Assembly (NCBI GenBank): GCA_044892525.1
Contig: CM097885.1
Coordinates: 5,892,001-5,956,000, forward strand
From: Schmidtea polychroa
Taxonomy: Eukaryota
DNA length: 64,000 nt
Direction of reading: 5' to 3'
Shown here: positions 12,287 through 33,385 of the stretch, in pieces
Position numbering within the stretch: the stretch's first letter is position 1
How the letters are laid out: each line of letters starts with the position of its first letter
The notes under the pieces: model-generated
The model's database searches: none
What the model was told of the DNA's origin: nothing
Seen by the model: only the letters and a program-made list of their open reading frames with translations
Made by a program: the position numbers and the translations under genes

Positions 12287-13150
12287 TGTTGGGTTATTGG
12301 GTTGGTGATAAAATTAAAATTCTTACTCTGACTGCAGACGTGTCTTTGACTGACCCACAAATAACACTTGACAACAGAAATATTGATAATCACAAATAAT
12401 TTTCACTTTACATTGACAATCAATTCAAATCTCTACTCGGTTAATATACAATGCTTATTGCACCACTCAGTGAAGAGTAGCACTCGTGTACAAAACCGGA
12501 TTGAAACTAACTACTGATTGGTTTATCAGCTGGGATTTCGAGCTGGTTGTTTTCTTTGACCTTCTTCACAACTTTATTCATTTACTCAAATAACTTCTTT
12601 TGGTTTAATTTTTAAACAAATTCTTTTCTCCAAATCTTCTCCAACTATTTTCTTTACAATTATTCTTCACAAATCATTTTTCCAATAACGTTTCGGCCGT
12701 TTTATTATCGTCTCGGTTTTATTACAATTCTGTCTCACTTTTTGTCTCAATTTTGTGTCCACCAGTTTCTTTTTATATAACTTGTTTTATTTGTGGCACT
12801 AGAGATAATCAAATGTTTTCTCCTGCATTTCCCGACTGTTCCCATTTTATCTCTGACAGCTATCGAGATATTTTTCCCTTTATCTTTTTTGTTAAGCCGC
12901 CTTCTCCCGGCAATTCCGCTATCTTTGAAAAGCTGTCAAGATACTGCTTTTTCCCCTATTTTGTTTTTCTGGAATTTGAAATTCCTTTTCTTCTTTGTAT
13001 TAATTAATTAGTATTGACCTTTGTTTTTGTTTTCCTGTTTGATTTTTTTTGTTTCCTTCTTCTTTCTCATTTCTCATTTCTTTTTACTTCCGTTTTCTTT
13101 TCCGAGTTTCCATATAGCGTCCCGTTTGTCATGACGATCTTCTCCCAGGT
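12287..13150 (+). repeat. LTR-like dispersed repeat (begins TGTTGGG); right end approximate
   Basis: Shares ATTGCA..CTC..GA.GA.TAGCAC.C.TGTA...TAACTACTG and TCTGACT.C blocks with 26664-26900 (+) and with about 16590-16770 (-). Confidence 0.5.
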
Positions 13151-13393
13151 AATTTACCTATTTATTATGCTGTTTATCATTTAGGCATCCTCAAAATTAG
13201 TGATGAAATCATCCTGAATAAACAAAGGTTCACGGGACCCTCCAATATATGACCACCGTAAAAGTTATTGTTATCATTGAAAAGATAAAGGCTTAGTGAA
13301 ACGTGTTATCTTATCGAACAATTAAATAATTCACTCAGATTAGAGCTAGAATGAAGAAAATAACAAAAATATGAAAGACGTGTAAAAATGAAT

Positions 13394-23311
<9,918 letters not shown>

Positions 23312-24042
23312 AGCTAGAAAATCTGATGATGAAAACATTCCAGAACAATGTGATCTGAGAAAACAATTCACATCAACCTCATCAACATATAATGATTGGT
23401 AGTGAACCATAAAGAAGTCACACAGATCAACGCTACTGAATTTAGTAATGGCACACAGTCTGTGATCTGCTATTCCAATAACAATACGTACCGGCGAACT
23501 GTCCGCACTTAATACGTTGAAACGGTGGTAATAATTATCATCAACATAACCAATATAGATTACGTCATATTAATTACTAAAATTAATAAGTTTTTTAAAT
23601 TAAAATTACATTAGTTTGGTTTTGTTTTAATGATACAAATATTTCATTACTATCCAGACATCATTTGATTGGTTGATTCCTGAACTTGGCTATGTTCGAC
23701 CTTTGAACCTTTTATGGTCATATAGATATAATTATATTGTAAATGTATGAAATGTTCTCAGAATATCTGACCTAGAAAATGCCGAAGTTAGAAATAAGCA
23801 AAATAAAAAGCAAAAAAAAAGAAAAATGTAAATAAAAAATATAAAAAGTAATAAACTTATTTTTCATTTCTAAGTGAATTACATTATAACAAAAAAAATA
23901 TTAAATATAGGGAAATTTTAAATGGATCACAATGAGGAGGGAGAGGCCATAGTTGATAACTCTCCAGCAAGTAAAATGTATTATTTCAAATAATAAATAA
24001 AATTTATATATTTGAAGAGTATCATTCAAAGGGCTATCATAG

Positions 24043-25035
24043 GGTTGGGTTTTAATAATTTAGGTCGGTAACCTCTGACTCCACGTGTCCTTTTAATCGT
24101 AAATAACAAAACAATAAACTACCCAACGTATATTTGAATCACAAATCTTTCAAAATCCAAAGATATACTAAACGACAGAGTTTTATCAGTTGAATCGGTT
24201 CTCTGCTCGGCGCTGATGCTTTGTCAATATCTTTAACAATATTCACCTTTTAATAGAACTTTTCAATTTGATCTGGTCCGCTTACAATTCAATTTTCTTC
24301 CCACGTCTCAATTATTTCTTAACTCTATCCATTCGTTTCCCGAACTTCCTGATTACCCTAAGCTCAGTTTCTTCTTGTCCCTAGCCAGTTTACTCTGATT
24401 GTCCCAATCCTTCGATACTATTCCAAATCGAGATGACAAATGATTATTGCCGAGCCAATCTCACTCTTGACATTTGACATTGACTCCACATATATGCTTC
24501 GGCTGTCACCCAGAATGGTCCTACGAACAAAGATAATTAATGGCCCGCCCGGGCCTTTCTACACGCACTATCAATTTATTGGTCTTCTTCCATTAATCAT
24601 TGTGACACGATAATGGGCCCAAATCTTCCTTCAGTTTACTTTCTTCTTTGTTTATCCAACTCAGGATTTCTTACTACTAGCTAATTAATTAAATGATTAA
24701 TTAATTTCATTTTCTTATTTTTCCTCTTTTACGTACCTTTTCGCACTCTTCCTAGCTATTTCTGAAAATTCCGTTATCACCATGTTATAACCCGCTATCT
24801 GTCCCCCCATGATCAATTTTCCAGACTTTAATTCGAATTTATGAATCTTCTATCGATCTTTCTCAATTCACCTTTTATGTGCTTTTCCCATATACTGATG
24901 CACTTTCTCGAGCCTTTCTATCCATTTTATTTCTTCGCATTGTCAATTCTCTCCTTGACCAGTCTTACCCTTCTCTCATTCCTTTAATTACATATATAAT
25001 TCAATTTCAATTTTAATTATTTTATAACCCCAGCA
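24043..25035 (+). mobile_element. Solo LTR, degenerate TGTTGGG...CCCAACA family
   Basis: Ends GGTTGGG / CCCAGCA flanked by 4-bp direct repeat ATAG (24039-24042 and 25036-25039). The 5' block CTCTGACTCCACGTGTC resembles the 12287 copy. Confidence 0.65.
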
Positions 25036-25207
25036 ATAGTTAGAGGAATAGCAACTTTGCGTGAGATAGTACAGCTGACCATTTCCTCTTGAAGGTGATG
25101 AGAAGGGCAAATGAGTCCGTTTCGATACTAATATAAAATAATGAAACATTTATATGACAAAAAAATTCCCATATACACTTATTCACATTTTTCATGTTAC
25201 ATCATTC

Positions 25208-25564
25208 GGTACTACCGTGTTATCTTACCCCCAAAAATTAAATTATAAAATACAATTAAAATAACAATATAAAAAATGAGAGAATACATTATTGATGACG
25301 TTATTGAACATGAATTTATTAAGACTATCTGTAATTTATGTGATTATGTGAGTTTATGTGGCGCAAACGTGTTCTAAGCAACAGTGCCGATGTGTTCGAC
25401 ACTATTTTCAACGACATTGTGGTTTTCTGGCCACCTGGATGACCATTTACAAACTCTTTACAAACATTTGTTGAGTTTGTAACTGTGATTTAGAAAATAA
25501 ATATAATAATTATATGTGTTCTTTTTTAATTTAATTTTTGGAGGTAAGATAACACGGAAGTACC
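25208..25564. mobile_element. MITE, Merlin-like
   Basis: About 38-bp TIRs GGTACT(A/T)CCGTGTTATCTTACC(C/T)CCAAAAATTAAATTA. 8-bp TSD CATCATTC / CACCATTC (one mismatch). Confidence 0.75.
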
Positions 25565-26663
25565 CACCATTCTATAAAAATGAAAAATTGCAAAAATAAA
25601 AATTAATCAAAACAAAAAAATTTATTTCTCTTAATGCTCAACCAATGTTCAAGGAAATCACTTCTAGAATATTGGTACTCAAAACACTTGAGTTCGTCTT
25701 AAGATTTATTACATCAATAATGTTGGAGTTGTTGGTAAAATGTGAAATTAACAATTGCTGAGAAGGCCTAAATAACAAATATCAAGTAATCTTCTAAAAT
25801 GAAAAAAAAACTATTGTGGGAAAAGGGTAAAATAAATAGTGTAATCTTCAGGAATTATGAAAAGAAAAATAAGAGCAAGAAATTGAGAAATGAGAAGATA
25901 ATCCCAAAATAAAGAAATCAAAAAATAAAGGACAACAAAAAGGTAATTGTTAAATTGTACAAAATGTGGAAATGAAATTTTTAAATCTAAAACAAAATTA
26001 TAAAAAAAAAGAGAAAAATGTGGCGGGAGGAATTGAAACATTAAAAAGGAATATGTATTGACAGTTGTTAGAAATAATTGGGAAACTATGGGGAAAACAA
26101 TGGAATGTGGTGTAGGCAAAACATTGTCAAACAGGAATAATCTCAAGTACCAGAGAATGCCAAACTATAAAATGGAAAAACTATAGCAGAAAATAGATGA
26201 GAAATTAAAGAAATTTAATGGAGCCGAATTGGCAGAGACAAAATATTGAAGTTAGTTGTTATTAAGTGGATTACGGAATGAATAATTGAGAAAGATGAAT
26301 CGAAGGAAAGTTAAGATGTTTAAATTAGACGTATCAAAAAAACAAGGCACGACAAATAATAATAAATAATAATAAATTATATTAATAAATTATTGGTGTC
26401 ATTAAAATCGGTGTAGTCATCTGTGATAATCAATAAAGGTTTATATTGTCTGAAAATTGTTATTGTATTGATCCAATAAAACATGCATGGAACCAGATAA
26501 TTAAAAGTATTCTTAAACTTCATCAACAATTTAGATGAAAAGTGTTCTCAATCATGGAATTTGAATTATTAAACTGGAAATGTACAACGGGTTCAATAAA
26601 ACTGGAAATTGAGGCGTCTGAAATTAAAGTAGGTTAAACCAATATTCACAGTAGATGTGAAAG

Positions 26664-27176
26664 CTGGTGTCGTACATTTCTATCTGACTCCGAAAGGTGC
26701 TTTAGTTGGCAACAATAACGAATTCCAAACAATATGAACTTTAATTGATCAACTAAATTGATTATTAATTTACAGCGACACCAATAACTCAATATTACAA
26801 CAATGATTTTGAGTGCATATTGCAACTCTTCGGGAGGAATAGCACACATGTAACACAACTCGGAATTCACAACCACTTAACTACTGTTTCTAGTTTCTAG
26901 TTTCGATAATCGATAGAATTTGTGTGGTTGCTTTCCTAGCTTTAACTTGAAATTATTCAATACTCGCGATTAAAAACTTTAACAATTTGTTTTAAATTTA
27001 TCTTTCGGTCTGACAATGTTTTTTTAATAATTTTGTAATTCGCTTTGTGTCCACACTTGCGTTTCTATTTTCTAGTCAACCTTTTTTCTTTTTAAATTTG
27101 CGTCTCCTTTATTCTTTGCAAATTATGTCCTTGAATTCAAATTTTGTTTTGAATTATTAGTGTACCATCCAATAAC
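26664..27176 (+). repeat. Copy of the dispersed LTR-like repeat; ends approximate
   Basis: Homologous by eye to 16590-16770 (inverted) and to about 12320-12520. Confidence 0.6.
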
Positions 27177-28734
27177 ACTTACAGATAATCATTTCATTTT
27201 AAAATTCTTTCTCCAGCACATTCCCTGGGATTGTCTTCAACAGCTGATGGGATATGCAAGATGTTATTTCTGACTTACCAGGTTGAACATTTTCTTTATC
27301 TCGGACAAGTTGTCGAGGTATGGTAATTTAATTTCGATTTTGTTTTTGATTTTCCTGCTTCCATTTGTGATCGTTATAGAAGAAATCACATAATAATACA
27401 ACCGACGATCAATGTGGAAGACTCGAATCTAGTCAAGCATCAAAATTTCAAGAAATTATTAGCAAACCTACGACATCATCTGATAAATCACATTGACAAA
27501 TCTCCTTCGGGAACAGAACTTCTGGCTTACTTTCAATACAAGATAGAAATCCAAAGTAAAATTATTAATGCAATCAATTCAAATGAAGATGAAGACTCAA
27601 TAACTCATGGGATAGGCAATACAGAAACAATAGATTCAATCAGGTGCGGTAAAGTGTTCTCAACCATGGAGTTGGAATGGACAGGGGCTTCAATAAAACC
27701 CAGCAATTGAGGGGCCTGAAAATTAAATAATCAGTTAATATGATATAAACAGTAGATGCGACAGAATGGGGAGGAGGGTAATGCATAAATGTCTAATTGA
27801 CTCTAGCAAACATTAACGCCTTAGGACAGCTTAGGACTAGTTAAAAAATTTCATTGTAGCATCGAATCAAGAGCCATTCCACTCAATTTGAGGTTGACAT
27901 AGGTACAAATGCCGATTAATGAGATACGTTGTCAAGTACAAGATGATTGTTAATTTAATATATAATCTGGTGAGAATGTTAATTAGCTATGTACGGACCA
28001 TCACAGGCGTTGTTTGCAACAACTGATTCCGGCAGACAAACTGATTAGACTTGCAAGATGTATGATGTGTGATGTTCAACATCCAAAGCATTTTGATTAA
28101 CTTTCACTGAAAATGAGAACGAGCTTAAGCTTTATAATGAAGCTGGTAGACCCGATCCACGCATCTGTGCCTGTGAAATGATTTTTAAAGCAAACTTTTA
28201 TTAGAATGTACTAAAAAGTAAAAAAAAATACCATTTTTTGCATCTATCTTCAGAACAAAAGAAACTGCGCAGTTTCACAGTCGGCCTCTTTCTATAAATG
28301 TTTATAGTGCTTGTAGTATTATATGATTTTTTAATTTTAAGATTAGCGTTTGTTTCTATTTTTCTATTTTTTGATTGCGTGTTACGTGTGGAAATAGAAA
28401 AACAAAATAAAAACTATATAGTGATAATTTACTATAAATTATCGCTATAGAAAAATTGAATAATTAAAAAGTAGCCAATATAAAAAAGTCAATTAAAACC
28501 CTAAAAGAATCCTCAAAAGAAATCTGTAAGAGAAATTAAAGAAAATCAAAGACGACAAACATTGATTCTTGGTATATTTGGAATTAGGATCTTTTATTAC
28601 ATTTATGAACTATTTGAACGATTGTAAGTGCCTTTTTATTATCATTTGGATAAAAGTTGAAAATTTATATAATTGTTAATGGTTGTTTCATTATTATATA
28701 TTTAGTTGTCACAACTTTACATACACTCACCCCA

Positions 28735-28800
28735 GCTGTCCCGAGACAGTATTTTTAAAGGAGAGTCGGCCGGGCTCTACAAACTTTCTTACTATACACT
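28735..28800. repeat. Short dispersed repeat, second copy at about 39477-39540
   Basis: Shared AGCTGTCCCGA(G/A)ACAG...TTTTAA.GG.GA.TC..C.GGG.TCTA. Confidence 0.55.
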
Positions 28801-29210
28801 AATAAACAAACATATAAACATAATATACATAATTGACAACATCCACAATAGTGCTCTTATATTTTGATATATTTAGGGCAACATTTAATACTTACAAAAA
28901 ACAATTTAATTCTGCTTTCATTCTAAATGCATTTTTTCTCTTTGGTGCATTTTAAGACTTTTTATATTGTAAATTCATTTGAGTAAAAAGGTGAAAATTG
29001 ATCGCTAAAGACATAAATATTTATTTGACGCCTATCAATTAAGAGACCTAAAAACACCGCAACGTAATATATAAGACAGCAAATCAAGCCACAATGACGC
29101 TATATCAAATGTCATAGCAACTTGATTTGCTCTCCCACATACAATATGTGTAAAATTATATCTTTCTCAGCCTTTTGAAATCTCTAATCTGATCACCTTA
29201 AATTTAAATA

Positions 29211-29553
29211 CAGGAATACCTCGCATAGTACGGTTTCGATCAGTACGGTTTCTCTATAGTACAGTTTTGAAATTTTCAAAATATGATTACTTTTAAAATG
29301 ATTAAATAAAATTTTCGAAATTTAAAAAAGTTGTTTTAAATTAATTTTTTAGAATTTATTCGTTATTATAAAATCATACGGCACGTGTTTAATAATTTGT
29401 TTTGTTACGTTTAATTTCTGGTTTGTAGTTTTAATAAAAAATTGAATAAGTAAGCCGTAAATTTATTAGCGCCAGAATGCCTCGAATAGTCCGGTTTCAA
29501 ATAGTACGGCTAAATTCCAGAACCGATTAACCGTACTGTTCGAGGTATTCCTG
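29211..29553. mobile_element. MITE, Tc1/mariner-pogo type
   Basis: 25-bp TIRs CAGGAATACCTCG(C/A)A(T/C)AGTACGGTT, TA on both flanks, subterminal AGTACGG repeats. Confidence 0.85.
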
Positions 29554-30534
29554 TATTATGCTGCAAGAATACTATTAAGTAAAGTTATATGTTCATGTAT
29601 TATTTTATTATGTAATCATTTTCTAATTTTTCATAAGATTTGTCGAATTATATTATATGAATTTAAATAATCTTAGACATCTCGGATGAAGATAATCTCG
29701 TTTGATATGACAATAAATTTAGATTTTTATATAAATTCCAGTACTTTCACTAATTTTTGTAAAGATATTGTTTTTTAATTGTTAATATAAATTCGATTTT
29801 AGTAAAAATATTCCAAGTATGGTCCTGAACTCGGATTTTTAGATCATTTCAGGAACTTACGAAAGGAACTTATTTGCTGCATTTTATTTTTGAGACTCGA
29901 CGATATTCGATTAGTAGAAATTCACTGGACAGAGAAATGGACATAGAAAGGAAAATGGATTCTGTATTGACTCTGACTCCTACTTTTATCAATTTAATAA
30001 TTGAACTAAAAATATATTATTAAATTAATTAAAAACCTTTGTTTAACTAATCCTTTCTTATTCCAAAATCATCAAATTCAATATAAAAATAAACAATGAA
30101 TTATTCAACTTCGCAATTATTAAATCGAGTCAAAATCAATAAATCAAATAAGCCAGAAATTCAAGAAACAGAAAACTTCGTCTTATTAGCAATGATCTCT
30201 GATGATGGTCAAGATCTCCATACAATCTCCAGATCAAGTGTTCGTGGTTTCGTCGGTATATTGACTATTGGAGAAGATATGACAATTATTTATTGCAATG
30301 TTAATTTGAATAAATTCTTTATTCGAATAATTGTATGTCTCTACAGATTCGGCCTAATAGCTGAAAGAAAGAGCTCCGGAGAAGAAATTCACCAGTTTTA
30401 TAATTATTAAAATAAAAACTGCATACTATATTGCTTATTTATCAACCTATTTTTTATTGTTGGTTTTCATCCTTAAAATTAAACAGTAAAATGACTGAAT
30501 TTTTAATGGTAGAATTAGTAACTGTCTTTGACAA

Positions 30535-30628
30535 CAGTAGGGTAACATGTACACCCGGGAACTCATCATTTTACGGAACAATGATGAGTTATATGTCTTT
30601 GCTCCCGGGTCCACGTGTTACCCTACTG
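30535..30628. mobile_element. 94-bp MITE with 4-bp TSD
   Basis: 26-bp TIRs CAGTAGGGTAACA(T/C)GT..ACCCGGGA, ACAA direct repeat on both sides, internal 11-bp stem AACTCATCATT / AATGATGAGTT. Confidence 0.8.
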
Positions 30629-30816
30629 ACAACTCATAGAACTCATAGATAAGTAAAAGAGATATTTAAATAGTAAATTGAAAATCTTTTGACTTCGAGA
30701 TGGGAAAGCATACCTCGACTAAATGTTCGGAATTTCACCATAATTCATAAATTAAAGCCAAAATATTAGTTTATTAACTAATCTGTTTAACTATTGCTAA
30801 TTATTATTTTTTAGAT

Positions 30817-31155
30817 TTGCAAAATTTAGATGGCAGCGGTCTTAACTTAAATTTGACATACATAATTTCATTGGACCAAATGGAAAAATTTCGAAAAGAC
30901 GTACCTTGCCATACGTCAGAAGCGGCATGTAGAGAGAGCGAAATCAATGATACGGAAGCGCCGTTTCGACCGGAACATGTGCGGAAGTTGAATAAGAAAA
31001 TCGAAGCTATCGAGAAGTCTCGGGTCGAGGATCAGGAGATCATTCCCGATCTCAAGATCAATATCCGTAAACAAGCACAACATATCTTGGAATTGCGGGC
31101 AGGAGGTCACATAGATGTGGGAATCAATCGCGTTCCAACTTACACCGAGAATTAA
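30817..31155 (+). other. Unknown ORF fragment with coiled-coil character, related to 48571-49272
   Basis: FRPEHVRKLNKKIEAIEKSRVEDQEIIPDLKINIRKQAQ aligns without gaps to FAPPQMKEANRKILRLEHCRDSLLEENRSQRLTIKAQSE. GC is higher than in the flanks. Confidence 0.4.
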
Positions 31156-31769
31156 TTATTCCCAATAATTGCTGGTCTAATCTCGAAGATTCCAACAGTT
31201 CACGCACTCGACAAAAGACCATGTAAATAAACAAAATTTTAAACAATATGTTGAGATAACACCTTCATCTAGAGGTCAAGAGATTTATGGTATTAGAGTA
31301 ACTATAAATTGAGTAAATTGCAAAATTAATAACAACTATAAAATCCATATCTTTATACATTGAATGACAATTAACAAAATATATTAACATAATCACCAAT
31401 GATTCGATAGAAAACATTTCAGTAAAATCTAAAATGATAAGAGACAAGAGAAAATAAGGTTCTATATCTTCTACGGTAGCCCATGAACCCAGAAGCTCGT
31501 TGGGTCATTAGCAGTTCTTATAGTAGCGCTCACATTTTCCCGATAGCCACCCGCTAAATTGTAGTACCAACGACGCTGACGACGGACATTTAATAGCCGA
31601 ACAAAATATACATATACGCAGTTGCTCGTGGAGGTGAAACATAACGAAAGTATCGAATAGACAAACCTCCAAAAGTGAAAAATTCATTTCAAAAATTTTC
31701 CAAAATGTCACGGTATTCCATTGACGACATGTGATTGCTGCACTTCACTAGAGGGCCAGTTTCACAAAC

Positions 31770-31970
31770 TGAGAGAAAACAGAATTGCTGTCCATCAAAT
31801 TTAAAAAGAATGAAACGTGATTCATCACTCCAAATGACTGAGCGCCATTGTGCTGCTGTCCAATTCCATCTCTCCTGGCACCACTTCAAGCGACGACGAC
31901 GAAGTGTTTCTGTAATCAAGGCTTCCTTGCGCATTATCTGCCATAAAGAGCGACATATAGTGGACATGCT
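31770..31970 (-). mobile_element. Tc1-like transposase fragment
   Basis: RKEALITETLRRRRLKWCQERWNWTAAQWRSVIWSDESRF contains the Tc1 W..VIWSDES.F first-aspartate motif. Confidence 0.85.
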
Positions 31971-32029
31971 GGTATGCAGGGTTAGTTTTAAATGTGGACA
32001 CTAAATTGGACAATGGAAACCGACGATAA

Positions 32030-32662
32030 TCAGAAATTTAGGGAGGCCTGAATGTTGACATGTGTGAGATGACATAGAATAATAATCAATAATTGTACAT
32101 TAAAATCAATAAACTAGCTCTAAAATAGTCTACTATTGAGATTTGCACTGGGTATCACAAATCTTGTAATGTTTATATTGATTTTATTTATATTTCTATT
32201 TTTGCTCTGATGATTTTGAATTTCTTTTGAGTGTATTTCTATTAATGACAAATTTAAAAATACTTTTCAATAAAAAATTGATTTATTTTGGCTTTTGATC
32301 TGTTTTATTATTTGCCTTATTATTATTATTATTGATTTATTATATGAGATTATTATTGTGATAATAATTGTCATTCTCCCCCCCCCCCCCCTTTTCCATC
32401 CTATATTATTATCACCATAATTATCATTAATAATAAATTGATATCTGTTATTGTCCCATTTACCCATTTTTATATATATTTGCAGCACATTTACAATTCT
32501 CACCCTCAGATAGAAATCCTAAAGTGCTCAATTGGAAAACTTATCAACTTGCTGCGAGGAATCGCGTTCATTTGGCGTAGGTGCGCACCAGATGAGCACC
32601 AAACAAGAACCGATGATGGCGTGTAACAAGAAACAGTGCTGAAAGGAAACCGCAGTGAGCAT
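32030..32662 (-). CDS. Candidate small secreted peptide (48 aa) encoded with a micro-exon
   Basis: Exons 32662-32549, 32518-32504 (15 nt) and 32047-32030 joined by GT-AG introns (30 nt and 456 nt) give MLTAVSFQHCFLLHAIIGSCLVLIWCAPTPNERDSSQQDFYLRASLNF*. Two further 30-32 nt GTAA...CATAG introns lie upstream. Confidence 0.4.
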
Positions 32663-32959
32663 CAACAGCTGTCAGGTTGATTCAATGCTGCCCTATGAGT
32701 TGATTATTGTTTATTGATTTACTGGTGGGCGGCCTATGAGATGTGATCAATCTAGTATTGCTTACGGGAGCACCTGAGGGGAAACATGCGGGGAGGGGTG
32801 TTAATGCGGTGGCAGGAGTGATCGAGAGGTGTTATGAATGAGTGATGAGTTGCTATCGCATCAGCATCCGTTGCAAGCTCGCAATACATTCCGCACTGGC
32901 TGAGATATTCTATTATTTTAATGTTAGACATCTGTAAAAAAATATTTTACACCATTACA

Positions 32960-33333
32960 AAATATAATAATCAATAATGATAAAATCGATAATTGTACAT
33001 CCAAATCAATAAACCGAAATATAATAATCAATAATGATAAAATCGATAATTGTGCATCCAAATCAATAAGCCGAAATATAATAATCAATATTGATAAAAT
33101 CAATAATTATACATTCAAATCAATAAACCGAAATATAATAATCAATAATGATAAAATCAATAATTATACATTCAAATCAATAAACCGAAATATAATAATC
33201 AATATTGATAAAATCAATAATTATACATTCAAATCAATAAACCGAAATATAATAATCAATAATGATAAAATCAATAATTATACATTCAAATCAATAAACC
33301 GAAATATAATAATCAATAATGATAAAATCGATA
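32960..33333. repeat. 57-bp minisatellite, about 6.5 copies
   Basis: Unit AAATATAATAATCAATAATGATAAAATC(G/A)ATAATT(G/A)TACAT(C/T)CAAATCAATAAACCG. CCG recurs every 57 nt. Confidence 0.9.
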
Positions 33334-33385
33334 AACAAGAAAACATTAAAGAGATTTATTCACATCAAACACTACAAGCGTGACA

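Noticed and set aside
25090..25135. GTGATGA-stem-GATA hammerhead-like arrangement
   Set aside because: Both catalytic boxes are mutated and there is no stem I.
27216..27710. ORF 27414-27710 and upstream exon-like sequence
   Set aside because: No recognisable domain. The faint similarity of TIDSIRCGKVFSTMEL to an RT motif is too weak to call.
28125..28291. Two small minus-strand exon-like pieces giving ...CSEDRCKKWHRCV...
   Set aside because: No start exon found and the product is too short to support a gene.
30096..30410. 104-aa ORF
   Set aside because: No recognisable motif and splice continuation is ambiguous.
32960..33333. Regularly spaced repeats as a CRISPR array
   Set aside because: Head-to-tail tandem units without unique spacers, eukaryotic context, no cas genes.
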